From: Hyaloraphidium curvatum SAG 235-1
Taxonomy: Eukaryota; Fungi; Monoblepharomycota
Direction: 5' to 3'
DNA: 64,000 nucleotides
NCBI GenBank assembly: GCA_025558095.1
Contig: JAIVFI010000011.1
Location: 62,001 to 126,000, forward strand
Below are positions 21,058 through 32,167 of the stretch, piece after piece; position 1 is the stretch's first letter; the number at the start of each line of letters is the position of its first letter. A program made the translations under genes and the position numbers. Under the pieces are notes generated by a model that did not search any database, was not told the DNA's origin, and saw nothing but the letters and a program-made list of their open reading frames with translations.

Positions 21058-22170
21058 CTGTGTCAGTGTGTTGTGTCCTGGAGGGGCGGAGGTGACGGCC
21101 AAATCGGGACCCTCGCCAGGCGTCACCGACGTCACGATCGGCCGATCGCGGGACGCGGTCAAAACCCTGCACAAGGCTTCTGGAATCTAAATGATCGGAT
21201 GCTGACAGCTGTGGCCAATATTTTCAGACCCTATCCTCCCTCCCGCGCTCCGTCGGGTCGCATTTTTCAGTGTCACGCGACATCCGATCCTTGGCTCGAT
21301 CCCATCCCCCTGAATAAACCCCCGCGCCCCCGCCGATCGCGTGCATCCCCCGCCCTATCCATCCATCGTTCTGTTTGTTGTCATCCTTCTGTGCCGATGC
21401 GCACTAGTCCGTTCCCGGCACAGTGTGGGAAAAGCGGCCGGGGGGGGGTGGGGGGGGGGGCTGGTCGGACCCTGGCGGCGGTCGGGCATCCCTTGAACAA
21501 AGGGTGCTCGGGCCTCTCCCTGCCCAGAGAGATCGGACCCAAACGGCGGGGAAGCCACCGCGTTAAAGAGAGCGTTTCTTTATAAGGCCTCCAAGTGGAA
21601 GAAGGCGAGGCGCCGTTTCAATGAGGGGGTGGAAGGTGTTGCGAACCCGAAGCGCCGCAAAGCACATGACCGACACTTGCAGCCGCACCTCAGCTTCGAC
21701 GTTTGCCGAACGGGACGATCCCAAGCTCGCTAATCGTCGTCGTTTGGCCGTGGGGCGGGGGGTTTGTCGGAGGTGTCCTTCTGGCCGGTTCCCGCGATGG
21801 CCGGCCATGGGTCGGTGGCAAGACCTCACTCTGCCCCTTCCAACGACCGCCAGCGATGCATGCTCCGGGACAGAGCTGACGGTAGACGCAAATACTGTAT
21901 TTTTGCAACCCAGTCCCGGGGTCTTCAGCGGTTCCCGTGCATCGGCATGCGGGAGGGCGGGTGTCCTTCCCCCGGCTGGAAAGGCAAGGGGAAGTGCGCT
22001 TGGGCGCAGCGGCCGCTCGGCGGACCCGCAACGCGCCCCGGACGGCCGTAGAATCTCGAAATCAAGTTCGCGGGAGCCTGTCCCCGGGTCTGCTTTGTCG
22101 AGGACCCGGTCGTGAGGCGGGGGCGAGTGCTTCCGCGCGGCACCCGCCCGGGCGCAGCGTCGGGGATTCC

Positions 22171-23010
22171 ATGGACGCCAATGCGGCCGCCGCGGGACGC
22201 CCGGTGGCGGCGCGGAAAATGACAGCCCGGTCTTCCGGTGACGCGCCGCGCCATGCAGCGGACCGAGCGGGCGCGGCGGCGCGGCCGGGCGCCCGTGACA
22301 TCTCGTGGGTGCGCGCCTTGCTGCCCCTGGCTGTGCCCCCCGGGGGACACGGAACCGGCGGCGCTAGCCCGGCTCTGCCCGAAAAAGACGGCGGGCTGAT
22401 CCCCGTGTCGCCGTGCACGTGCGGGAGGGGCCGGTGGGACGGTGCGCCGCCGCCCGCCGGGCGCGGGCATCCGGGGACGCTTCCCGGGCTCGGGGCCTGC
22501 GGGGACTTTCTAGAACCGGACAACGATCCCTGCTTGGATTCGGCATCCGATTCGGACGAGGAGACGGACGACGGGCTCGCGGGGCACGTGTTCGACCCTT
22601 CCGCGACCCGCCGTCTCCCGGCGACGCCATCGGATCTCGGCACGCAACGACCTCTGGACGCTCCGGGACGGACGTGGTGGTCCAGCTTTCCTCCCTCCGC
22701 CCCTGCACGAGGCCTGAATATCCAGGACAGCCTGCGGCCACTGTCGACCCCCCGTGACCACCGTCCGTCGCTGCCGCCTCCCGGCACCGCGGGAACGGAT
22801 GCTCCCAACCTCGGTCGATCGGACGCGTTCAGATTTCCCTCTGCCGGCACCACGGGGCTCCATCAGCCGCAATCATTGGGATTGCAGGACGAAGGAGCGG
22901 CCAAGCAACCCCGGGCGGACGCCGACGGGGCGGACCTAGAAGAGGGCGCCGAGACGCTGGTGGTCGGGCGGAGGGTGACGGACTCGAGGGACGCCGAAGT
23001 GCACACCTGA
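22171..23010 (+). CDS. Possible low-complexity hypothetical protein
   Basis: Open frame with an acidic patch (DSASDSDEETDD) and no recognisable domain. Could be spurious. Confidence 0.3.
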   Translation: MDANAAAAGRPVAARKMTARSSGDAPRHAADRAGAAARPGARDISWVRALLPLAVPPGGHGTGGASPALPEKDGGLIPVSPCTCGRGRWDGAPPPAGRGHPGTLPGLGACGDFLEPDNDPCLDSASDSDEETDDGLAGHVFDPSATRRLPATPSDLGTQRPLDAPGRTWWSSFPPSAPARGLNIQDSLRPLSTPRDHRPSLPPPGTAGTDAPNLGRSDAFRFPSAGTTGLHQPQSLGLQDEGAAKQPRADADGADLEEGAETLVVGRRVTDSRDAEVHT

Positions 23011-23195
23011 TTAAAAGGGGGCTACGTAATGCAAACTACAAATCTAAGCGGTCAACCTCCAAATTCATTCTAGACGCGTTTTGGTTCGAGCGGGCTCTGC
23101 TCCGCCCTCGTGCGACCTTCACTGAGTCACCTCCCGCCCGCACGGCTCCCAAACCCCGCTCCCCGAGCTCCGGACTTCCTGAAAATCCCCAGACC

Positions 23196-24134
23196 ATGAG
23201 CTCCAAATCGTCAGCAACCCCCACCGCCGCGGAACCGGCCACCCCGCCAGCGGACACGCTCGCCACGCTCCGCGGCCCCGCCGTGCGCCTCCTCGTTGGC
23301 CCCTCCCGCGAGCTGCTAGACCTGCACCGCGCCATCGCCCTGCGCGTACCATTCCTCCGCCAAGCGCTCAAGCGCAGCCATTCCGATGCCGCAAACGGCG
23401 CGGTGGAACTACCCGAGGAGGAGTGGGAGCCCATCGCGAGGGTGGTGTCGTTCCTTTACTTCGGGAAGGTCTCCGTCGGGAGCGAGCTGGAGTGGACGGA
23501 GAAAAGGCTGGAGCTCGCCAAGGCCTACCTGGTGGCCGAGAAATGGATGGCCGACAAGGCCTCCGAGGCGTTCCTCAAGGCGCTGCGCGACGCGGGCCCG
23601 CCGCCCCGCCCCGAGGGCGTCTCCGAAGCCGAGACAGCGGTGCTCTGGCTCGGATACTGGAAGCAAATCTACGAGCTGACGGAACCTAAGGGACCGGGCG
23701 CCTATCTGCGGATCCTGGGCGAGCCCAGCTTCCACGCGTGCGAGATGGTTAGGGCCCTGCACCGCACCGCCGAGTTGGACGCGATCGAAGACTTGCCCGG
23801 GCTAACGGTGGATCTCCTGAGGCGCGCCGGGGAGGAGGAGCTCAAGGCGCGCGCGCCGAAGAAGCCGCAGGTCGCTCCGCAGCCAGCAGAGCCTTTCGCA
23901 CCCCCGCCGGCCAACCCTGTCAAGCTCCCTGCGGGATTCAGCTTCGGCGCAGCTACCTCAGGCCCCGGAATCCAGGTCGCCGCGCAGCCTGCCTCCTTTT
24001 TCGGCCCCGCGGGCTTCGGGACGCAGCCGTTCGCTCCCCCCGCGCCGCCGCAACAGCCCGCGACGTCCTCGCACCCTGCGGCTTCCTCGCAGCCCGCGCC
24101 GGCCTTGTTCACCTTTGGGGGCAGCTCGACCTGA
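23196..24134 (+). CDS. BTB/POZ-domain protein with Pro/Ala/FG-rich tail
   Basis: VRLLVG....LHRAI...VPFLRQALK.......VELPEE......VVSFLYFG...AYLVAEKW is the fungal BTB pattern. Confidence 0.8.
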   Translation: MSSKSSATPTAAEPATPPADTLATLRGPAVRLLVGPSRELLDLHRAIALRVPFLRQALKRSHSDAANGAVELPEEEWEPIARVVSFLYFGKVSVGSELEWTEKRLELAKAYLVAEKWMADKASEAFLKALRDAGPPPRPEGVSEAETAVLWLGYWKQIYELTEPKGPGAYLRILGEPSFHACEMVRALHRTAELDAIEDLPGLTVDLLRRAGEEELKARAPKKPQVAPQPAEPFAPPPANPVKLPAGFSFGAATSGPGIQVAAQPASFFGPAGFGTQPFAPPAPPQQPATSSHPAASSQPAPALFTFGGSST

Positions 24135-24536
24135 TCGGAGATCGAACAACGAGTGGGATCGAATCGCACGTCGTGTACAATCAAATCCAACGCCGAATAG
24201 TCTTCCTCGCATATGGCACGTCTTCGTATGTCGCACTCCTGGTGAAAAACGTAGAGGCCCGCGAGCGTGGCGAACTCGGCGGCACATTCGAGCAGACGAT
24301 CCGGGTCCCGCACCGCTTCGTCGAAGTAAAACGCGATCGTCAGGCACCCGTGGGCAAAGCGCGGCTTCGTGGGCTTTCCAGTAACGACCGAGGGCAATTA
24401 GAAGACGTCGGAAGCAGCGTTTCGGGACTGTACGCTCATCGGGAGGCGTTCTGGGGGACACTTTGTTTGTTGAATTGCTGCGAGTGATCCTTCGCGTTGC
24501 AGAGAGTCGTCCGCCACCCCCTGGTCAGATCCGGCG

Positions 24537-26264
24537 ATGGAGAAGGAAATGCACTCGGAAATTGCGGGCGAGGCCATCCCCAGCCCGCCCGCCGCGTCGT
24601 GCTCCGGCGCTGCGCGGGGGGACCGCGCCGCCGGGTGTCGGAACGCCGAGATCCTCCACCTCGTCTCCGACGCCATCGCCGCCTATCTCGACAAGCCAGC
24701 CCTCTTTCAATGTGCCCTGACGCGCCCAATGCACGCCGCGGCCATTATGGAGCTGGCTCGGACGTCGGGCGCGGTTGTCGACGGACCCGTCCTTGCGCCA
24801 GCGCAGGACAGCGACGCGGATAACGCCACGCCTCACTGGCTGGCTCGCCTGCGGAGCGCTGCTGACGGAAACATTCCGGAGCACTGCTGCCAGGTGCCGG
24901 AGCGCCGCGTCTCGGTGGTCGCTCCTTCCGAGGTGCCGACCGGCATTCTGCCGATGCTGTTCTCGCGGGCGTCGAAGTTGCGGGAGCTGGACCTCCGCGT
25001 GCGGAGCGATGAGGATGTGGCGAGCATAATGGAGGCTTTCGAGACGTCTGCCGCCATCGGGTCGGACCCTCGGAGCCGGATTATTTCCCTAGCCATCGTT
25101 TTGGAGGGACGCGTGTCCTTGCTACCGATTTCCGCCTTCCCGAGCCTGCAGCATCTGACCATCGACTTCCAATACGCCCCTGCTTATTTTGACCCCAACT
25201 CGGGCGAGGTGGCGTTCGCCGGCCGCCTGCTTGGAGACCTCGCCAGGATCCGACCGCGGTTGTGCTCGCTTTCACTCCGCAACGCTTTCATTGAAGCGCC
25301 CACCGAGAACGTCAGCGTTTCCTTACCGCATCTTGAGTCACTGATTCTAGGTTTCGTTGGGCTCGGTGTCTCCGCCGCCGAGTTCGCCTCTTGGTTGCCT
25401 GCCCTCCACCACCTGGACGTGCGGCGCGGGTCCTCGGATGACTTTGTCTCGAAACTCGTGCATCATCTTCCTCCCCTGGATTCGGTTTCGCTGTCTCTCA
25501 TTCCTTCTTCTCTACCCAAAGCGGTCGCCGCGGTCTCCATGGCCGGCCTGCGCAGGTTGGAGCTATCAACGGCGAATCCAAGCCACCTCGTCGACCTCTG
25601 CGGTCGTTCTTTGCAGGAACTCATCGTATGGAAGCTCGAGATCCCGCGCCAGGAGACGGCTGGGCCGGCGCCCCCCAGCGGCCAGCTCCCGCCCGAACCT
25701 GTGGACCCTTTCCCGCGCCTCGCGATGTGGCAGCTCGCGCTGGACGTCGACATCTGGGAGCCACGGGAGTTTCCGGTGCGGCTGTACCCCTGGGGCACCC
25801 CCGTCATGCGGACGGTGCCGTACTGGGCGGAGCAGGACTCGGCAAGGAGGCTGCTGCGCTGGCTGGCAACGCCCGAAGAGATGCCCAGGCTGCGGAAGGT
25901 CGCTGTGGTGCTCTCGAGCCGCCTTATCAACAAGCGCGAACGGCACACGTACGTCGACCAGGTCAAGCGGGTGCTCGTGGATGCTGGATCTAGACAGGGG
26001 ACCCGGGTCGTGGAGGTGCTGGTCCCGCAGTGGTCCAAGTTCGCCGACCGCCTGTGCCAGGGGGCGGCGACGGAGAACCCGCACGTGATGTACGAGATCG
26101 TAGGGCCGCGGCTCAGGGAGGAGGTGCCGCAGGAGGCATCGGGAGAGGACAGTGTTTCCGGAGGCGGCGGGGACGCGGGCGGCGCAGGAGGCGGCGGAGA
26201 CGGGGAAGACGGCGAAAGCCGGGTGATCGTGGATCCGGCGGCGGTTGGAACGGAGGCAGCTTAG
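24537..26264 (+). CDS. Hypothetical F-box-like/LRR-like protein
   Basis: 575-aa single-exon ORF. N-terminal AEILHLVSD...LFQCAL, with repeated LRELDL / LQHLTI / LESLIL / LRRLEL units. Confidence 0.65.
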   Translation: MEKEMHSEIAGEAIPSPPAASCSGAARGDRAAGCRNAEILHLVSDAIAAYLDKPALFQCALTRPMHAAAIMELARTSGAVVDGPVLAPAQDSDADNATPHWLARLRSAADGNIPEHCCQVPERRVSVVAPSEVPTGILPMLFSRASKLRELDLRVRSDEDVASIMEAFETSAAIGSDPRSRIISLAIVLEGRVSLLPISAFPSLQHLTIDFQYAPAYFDPNSGEVAFAGRLLGDLARIRPRLCSLSLRNAFIEAPTENVSVSLPHLESLILGFVGLGVSAAEFASWLPALHHLDVRRGSSDDFVSKLVHHLPPLDSVSLSLIPSSLPKAVAAVSMAGLRRLELSTANPSHLVDLCGRSLQELIVWKLEIPRQETAGPAPPSGQLPPEPVDPFPRLAMWQLALDVDIWEPREFPVRLYPWGTPVMRTVPYWAEQDSARRLLRWLATPEEMPRLRKVAVVLSSRLINKRERHTYVDQVKRVLVDAGSRQGTRVVEVLVPQWSKFADRLCQGAATENPHVMYEIVGPRLREEVPQEASGEDSVSGGGGDAGGAGGGGDGEDGESRVIVDPAAVGTEAA

Positions 26265-26636
26265 GCATGACATTAGGAACCCAGCCATTGGAGCTCGGCG
26301 GGAACAGATTAGTCTTGAGTCCAACATCCAAGCCCTGACGAACAGCAGTATCGGCGGGGCGCACACCGAGTTGCCAATTTCGAAGGGCCCAAATCCGCGC
26401 GAAACATCAGAGGATTCAGAGTGTGTGTTTTCGGGCCAGAAAGGCACGGTGCGAGGCGGATGATATGGCGGATCGGTCGATGCGAACGAGGATGCTGAGC
26501 AGCGCGGGACGATCGACCTCTGTGCATCCTTCCTTTTTGCATTTTGCATTACAAAAAGAGGGTGGCAAGATATGCAACAATCCGACAAAGAACGTTCACC
26601 TCCGCCCCACCGGTTGCACCCGTCCGGCATGATCCA

Positions 26637-28171
26637 TCACCCGTCGTTGGCCGTTCCCGAGCTCGAGCTCCTGCTCCCCCCCTCGTGCTCGTCCTCCGAA
26701 TGCCTGTGCTCGAGGGCGAACAGGTTCTTCGCCGCCTCGGGATCCGTTTCGTGTCCCGCGAGCTCGATCTCCTCTGACGCCCTCCCAAGCTCGCCGTACC
26801 CCGCATCTCCTCCCTCGCTCTCATCCGGCGCCTCCGCCGGCCCCATCAGCGAGACAAGGAACGCTACCCACGCCTGTATCCCGAACGCCACCCCCGCCAT
26901 CCCCGCGGCGTACGACACGGGGTCCACCCCCAGGTGCTCCAACCACGCCACGTGCTCCTCGGTAGCCGATCCCAGGAGCAACCCGGCGGTCGCCAGGAAC
27001 GTCGGCGGCAGGGTATCCGCCCCCTTGAGCCCGGCCAGCGCAACCAGGCGCGCCAAAGCGGCGCACAGGAGGGAGGTGCCGAAGAGCTTGTGCACCGTGC
27101 GGGAAAAGGCGGAGATTTGCACCTCGTGGGCTGTCATCTGGGCGCCGGTGAGGAGCAGGGCGAGGGCGGGGAAGGGGTCGGGACGGGCAGCGAGGCGCTG
27201 GTGCGCGAGGGAGCAGAGTGAGGCGAGGAGCCAGTAGATCCCGATCGCGGTGTGTTGCTGGTCTGGCGGGCAGGGCGGGTGGTCAGAAGTCACGTCGGAG
27301 AAAGCGCGCCGGGGGCCCACCGGTGTGGTTCCACTGCCGCTCGAAGCTGCGGTGCTCCGTGGTGAGCGCCACAAGCCCCCAGATCCCGAGTGCGACGGCC
27401 TCGACCCGCTCGCGGCGATCGAGCGGGAACCACGATCTCAGGCGGCCGAGGTTCTGCAGCGTGTAGGCGACGGCGAGAAGGACGAAGGAAGGGCCCTTGA
27501 TGAAGTGCGCCTGCCAACCTCAGCGGTCAGACTCGCGGGAACGGTGCGACTCGCGTGCCCCAGACAGCGAAACCCACCACGCACTGCCCAGTAAAGTGCC
27601 GTTCTTCCTCGACGCACCACCCGTTGGCGCCCACCACGCCCCAGATGGCCACGAACCAGGGGAGCACCATCAGCACAGGGGCGGCCCCCTTGTGGAACGC
27701 CCTCAGCGCCGCCAGCGCGGTCCTCCCCGCGCCGTAGGCCATTTCTCGGGCCCGCAAGAGCCGCACCGAGTGGCCCGCCCAGCCCTGCACGACGGCGAGC
27801 ACGAGCGTGAGCGCCCCCAGGACCCTGTGCCCCGCAATGGTTTTGAGCTCCCCGTGCGCGTGCTCCGACGCGTGGCCGAACGTGGGCAACAGCACCCCGA
27901 CGAGGACAATCGCAAGGGCCACCATCTGCAAGGTGCCGTGCCGCCTGTCACCGCCCTTTGCGAGCGCGGCGCCGAGGGGGAGCAAAATCGCGAGCGCGGC
28001 GAACATGAGCACCGCGTGGGCGGCGACGGCCGGATTCGCGAGGGGCCACGGGTGCGGGTACTCTGCGAGCGGCCATTCGTTGTAGCCGCCCGCGGGAGGG
28101 CCGCCGTGCGCGTGGCCGGCCTCCGCGGGGGCAGCGGGTGATTCACCAGTCACGTTGCCGCCCGCAGACAT
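26637..28171 (-). CDS. YTP1-like multi-pass membrane protein (cytochrome b561-like N-terminal half), multi-exon
   Basis: HAVLM..LLPLG, His residues in TM helices (H..LQ, HRVLG, FHK), and C-terminal LLTGAQMTAH....VHKLFG....GLLLGSATEE. Confidence 0.72.
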
Positions 28172-29717
28172 GGCGGGCCGGGCGGGGTTGGGGAACGCTG
28201 GGGCGGAGGACGCAGCTGCGGGCGAGCGGGCGGCACGGGCCGGCGCGGGGTCCGGAGGGTGTGCGGAGTTGGTGTTCGGTCGGACGATCCCCGACGATCT
28301 CCGGGGCTGGTTCGAAATTAGCCGCGGATCGCCAAACGGGCCACATTTCTCCGCGCCGGCTTGCGTCGCGGTAGGCCGTGGCCGAATGACCTTCCGGAGA
28401 TGTCCACCGTGAGACTGCGTGCCATTCCTAGTCGTTCAAGCAACGCTAGCGCTCTCTAGGCGCGTCGGATCAAGTGGGGGACTTCTCTGAGTCCGCCGTC
28501 CCGCTGTTTCCACTTCTTTCCGCCGCGGTCCCAGCGACGCGCCGGACATCTCCGGCTCATCGATGACACTGAATGTGCCAATAAAGGACTTGGCGTGGAG
28601 TTGGATCGGCTCCCAACATTGGGAACAAGTGGCCGACCGCGAGGGGGATCTCTTGTTCTCTTCCCTCGGGTCTGGAATGGCCCGCCCGGTGGCAAAGCGC
28701 GAGTGACCTTGCGCTGCTGCACTACACCGCCGAACGGACAATGCAGGTGGCGACGATGTGGTCTCTGCTCCAATACAGGGTCGTTCCGGTCTCCGTCTCC
28801 CCGAACCACCCCGCCCGGGCGGCCCCCCGCGGATTTCTGTTGAGGGCGGTCGCGGCCCTCGGCTCGGCTTTTCGTCTGGTCCAGGGCCGCGCAGGAGAGG
28901 TTCGCGACGCGGCCATTCGTTTTCCAGGTGCATCCGTCACCTCCGACCCCGGCTCCTCCGTTCGATGCGTTCGCCACCGCCACCAGGGCGCAGGCATCCC
29001 GATATCCGTCCCAGGTGTGCCGCTGGCCCTCGCGCGGCACCGCGATCACCTGAACAGCTCGAGACTGCCGGAAAGGTCCCCTGGCTCCGGGCAGCGTGGT
29101 GGCCGCCGAACGCAATCGCCCAACGATGGCCGTGCCTTGAACAAAGGCGGAGCCAACGGCCGTGCCGCATCAATCTAATCATTTGCTCGAAGATTAGGTG
29201 GAGCCATTGGGATGCTCAACCACGGCGAGCTGCACCCCCTCCAGGCCGCGTGGCTGCACCCCAAGCTGCGGGCCATGATGGGATAGTGGGTCCCCTCCGT
29301 GCTCGCATCGGAGGAACGTGCTGATTCGAAGGGACGTAGCTCGGTGATCCCTCCGAGCGTGGGGCAGATCGCCGGCACGCACCCACAGCGGAGGCTGGAT
29401 CCGGAGGCGGAGGGAGGGTACCGGTGGCTCGTGCGGGACTACATGCCGCTGCGGGAGGAGAGGAGCAGGATGTGACGGCGCCGACGGCCCGGGCCTCGGC
29501 GATCGCGGTGCCATGCGCGTGCAGGCCGTCGTGCGCGCGGGCCAAGCCACCGAGCGCAAGATCCTGTCTCCCCTAGAAAGGAAGGGGAAATACCACTTAG
29601 GTCGGACTTGCAAGCCTCCCCGCACCATCCCTCGCCCCTCGCGGCCCCGCGGACCTTCCCTTCCGCCCGGTCCGCCCCCCGCCGAACCCGCCCGCATCCC
29701 CGCCGCCCCGCGCAACG

Positions 29718-30221
29718 ATGGGCTACACCACGCGTTTCACCGGCGCCTTCCGCATCGCCCCGCCCCTCTCGGACCCGCACAGGGCGTACCTCGTCGCCTT
29801 CTCGCGCACGCGGCGGATGGCGCGCGACGCCGCCGCCGTCGCGGGCCTGCCGGACCCCCTGCGGGACGCGGCGGGGCTGCAATTGGGCGAGGACGCGTGT
29901 TTTTACGTCGGGGGCAGCGACGCCGGCGTGCTGGATTTCAATTCGCCGCCCGCGGGGCAGCCGGGGCTGTGGTGCGACTGGCGCCCGTCGGCGGACGGCG
30001 CGTCGTTCGGGTGGAACGGGACGGAGAAGAGCTACATGTACGAGGAGTGGGTGCTGTACCTCGTGGAGGAGTTCCTGGAGCGGTGGGGGTACGTCGCGGA
30101 CGGGACGGTGCGGTGGACGGGCGAGGGGGAGGGGGACCTGGGGAGGATGGTGCTGAAGGACAACGTGCTGCTGGTTTACGCGGGCCGGGAAGACGACCCC
30201 GGGGAGACGGGCGAAGTCTAG
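29718..30221 (+). CDS. Phage/bacterial-type hypothetical protein, intronless
   Basis: 167 aa: MGYTT.F.G, F..TRRM.R, PP.GQPGLWC.W, W.G.EK.Y.Y.EW..YL...FL..WGY...G.V.W.GE. I recognise this pattern from uncharacterised phage/bacterial proteins; no search was run. Confidence 0.7.
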   Translation: MGYTTRFTGAFRIAPPLSDPHRAYLVAFSRTRRMARDAAAVAGLPDPLRDAAGLQLGEDACFYVGGSDAGVLDFNSPPAGQPGLWCDWRPSADGASFGWNGTEKSYMYEEWVLYLVEEFLERWGYVADGTVRWTGEGEGDLGRMVLKDNVLLVYAGREDDPGETGEV

Positions 30222-30368
30222 GGCGGGCCGATGGTACGCAGATGGGAGGAGGGAGGCCGGGCCGGCGGACCGGGACAGGCTTGAGGGGAAACGGGGGCAA
30301 GCGCAGCAGTTCCTTGTTTCGTCTTGACGCGTGCATCCTCCGCCCCGGCCCCTCGGCCCGCGTCCCCG

Positions 30369-31607
30369 CTACGCCCAATCCAGCCGCACCAGCGGCGGCG
30401 CCTCCCCGCCCCTCCCCCCCCTCCGCGCCCCCGGCCGCGCGCCCATGGTGATCCGCGTGAACGGGTTGACCTCGAGCTCCGCGGGGTCGGGGTGGCGGCC
30501 GAAGTAGGCCAGGTACGGTATGGGTGCGTACGGGTGGGGAGCCTCGCGGGGGGGTTCGTCCTCGGGGCACTCGTCGCGGGCGGGGGCGGGGTGCGGGGCG
30601 GTGGCGGGCGGGGGAGGGGGTAAGCGCCGTCGCGCAGGGGGAGCGGAGGGCAACGGTAGCGGCGCCCCCGGGGAGAAGGTCGTCCTTGCCGTGCGGCCCG
30701 GCCCCCCCACGTCCTCCCCGCTCCTCCTCACCGCTTCCTCCAGCTCCCCCCTCTCCCCGTCCTCAACAAGCGACACCGTCATCCCCCCCAGCGCCCTCAG
30801 CAGCTCCAGCCCCTCCCACGCATCGAGCACCCCCAGCAGCCCCTGCACCCCCCCGCCGCGGCCCTGCTGCCGCGGCCCGGCGTCCGCGCGCACCTTTGCC
30901 GACCCGAGCTTGGCCCGCCCTCCGTTCCCGTCGGGGTGCGCGTAGAAGCATTCGTCGCCGAACGGGCAGCCCTGCCCCCCGGAGCGGGAAAAGTGGCGGC
31001 AGGGTATCCTGGCGCGGGAGCGGCGGTACGCCTCCACGATGCGCTTCTTGTCGTCCGCCGAGCAAGGCAGGGTGTGCGAGGGGACGACGAAGAGGGAGAG
31101 TTCCCTGCACGCGGGGCAGGACCGCAGGACCAGGGGCGAGGCGGAGGGGGCCGGGGTGTCGGGGCGGCGCCACCGGCGCAGGCAGGGGAGGCAGAAGACG
31201 TGCTGGCATGCTTCGAGGAGGCCGAAGAGGTTGCCTCCCGCGAGGACGGGTTCTGCAACACGAAGGAAGGGGTCAGATCTCCCGCAGACGGGGGCGGGGC
31301 GGAGGGGGTCACCGAAGCAGATGTTGCACTCGGCGTCGGCCTTTTGCGGGCCCTCGGGGCGCGCGGGGCACGCCTGCAGGTGCCGCGCCCTGTCCTGGGC
31401 CGAGTGCGGGTGGAGCACGGGGCCGTGGCAGTGGGGACAGGGGGCGCCGTGCGCGTAGCGGCACCTGTCCCCGAAGGCGCAGGCGCCCCTCAGCGAGTAG
31501 CGGCAGATGGGCACCGCAGCCAGGGCGCGGGCGTCGTGCGGCAGCGGGCAGCCCGGGGCGAGGCAGCCGCCCGGGGCGTGCAGCGCGGCGGGGCACGCCG
31601 ACGCCAT
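30369..31607 (-). CDS. MKRN: Makorin-family CCCH + RING E3 ubiquitin ligase
   Basis: CCCH fingers (CRYSLRGACAFGDRCRYAH; CRHFSRSGGQGCPFGDECFYAH), a Cys-His motif, and RING CNICF|E....FGLLEACQHVFCLPCLRRWR...SCPACR..S.FVVPS. One intron at about 31255-31311. Confidence 0.9.
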   Translation of the reverse strand: MASACPAALHAPGGCLAPGCPLPHDARALAAVPICRYSLRGACAFGDRCRYAHGAPCPHCHGPVLHPHSAQDRARHLQACPARPEGPQKADAECNICFGDPLRPAPVCGRSDPFLRVAEPVLAGGNLFGLLEACQHVFCLPCLRRWRRPDTPAPSASPLVLRSCPACRELSLFVVPSHTLPCSADDKKRIVEAYRRSRARIPCRHFSRSGGQGCPFGDECFYAHPDGNGGRAKLGSAKVRADAGPRQQGRGGGVQGLLGVLDAWEGLELLRALGGMTVSLVEDGERGELEEAVRRSGEDVGGPGRTARTTFSPGAPLPLPSAPPARRRLPPPPPATAPHPAPARDECPEDEPPREAPHPYAPIPYLAYFGRHPDPAELEVNPFTRITMGARPGARRGGRGGEAPPLVRLDWA

Positions 31608-32167
31608 GACAGGCGGTCCCCCGTCCTAAGCGCCGCGCCTAACGAGGTCCTTCCCCGCGTCCGGCGACTCCTAGAAGCTCCTTAAATGCCCGACCGCGGG
31701 AAGCCCGGCACCGGAGCCGGGTCGGCGGTGCCGGGGCCGCCGGCGGAATCTCCCCGACGCGTCGCGTGACTTTCGCGCGGCCGCCGTCCGCCCGCTCCGC
31801 CGCCGCCCTCCCGCCGAGCGCGCTTCCCGTTCTCGAACGCGGCAGTTCCGCCGCGGGGGCCGCGCGGAGGATGTCACGCGGGGTGCGTATCGTTGCGCAG
31901 GGAGGGACGGCCAGGCGGGCGCGCCGGGTCTCCGCGTCTCTGGACCAGTGAGACGAAACGCCTGAAGCGGCCGGGAAAAGCCAAACCAAAGCACCAGCCG
32001 CTTCCCGAGCGGATGGATTCCCGAGCGGATGGAAGGAAAAGGTTGCAATTCGGATGGACGGATGGCAGAAAAGGAGGGCAACGGCGACTCGTGGCCCACC
32101 ACCGCCTCGGACGGACGCGTCAGGCCTAGCCGGGACAAGTCCAAAACATCGTCCGCTCCATTCCCCG

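Noticed and set aside
23702-24500. Minus-strand ORF with a plausible-looking segment (CLTIAFYFDEAVRDPD...)
   Set aside because: No ATG start or recognisable motif, and it overlaps the BTB gene; at most a degraded fragment.
28400-29600. Several short ORFs between the YTP1-like and phage-like genes
   Set aside because: No coherent frame, codon bias or motif; treated as intergenic.
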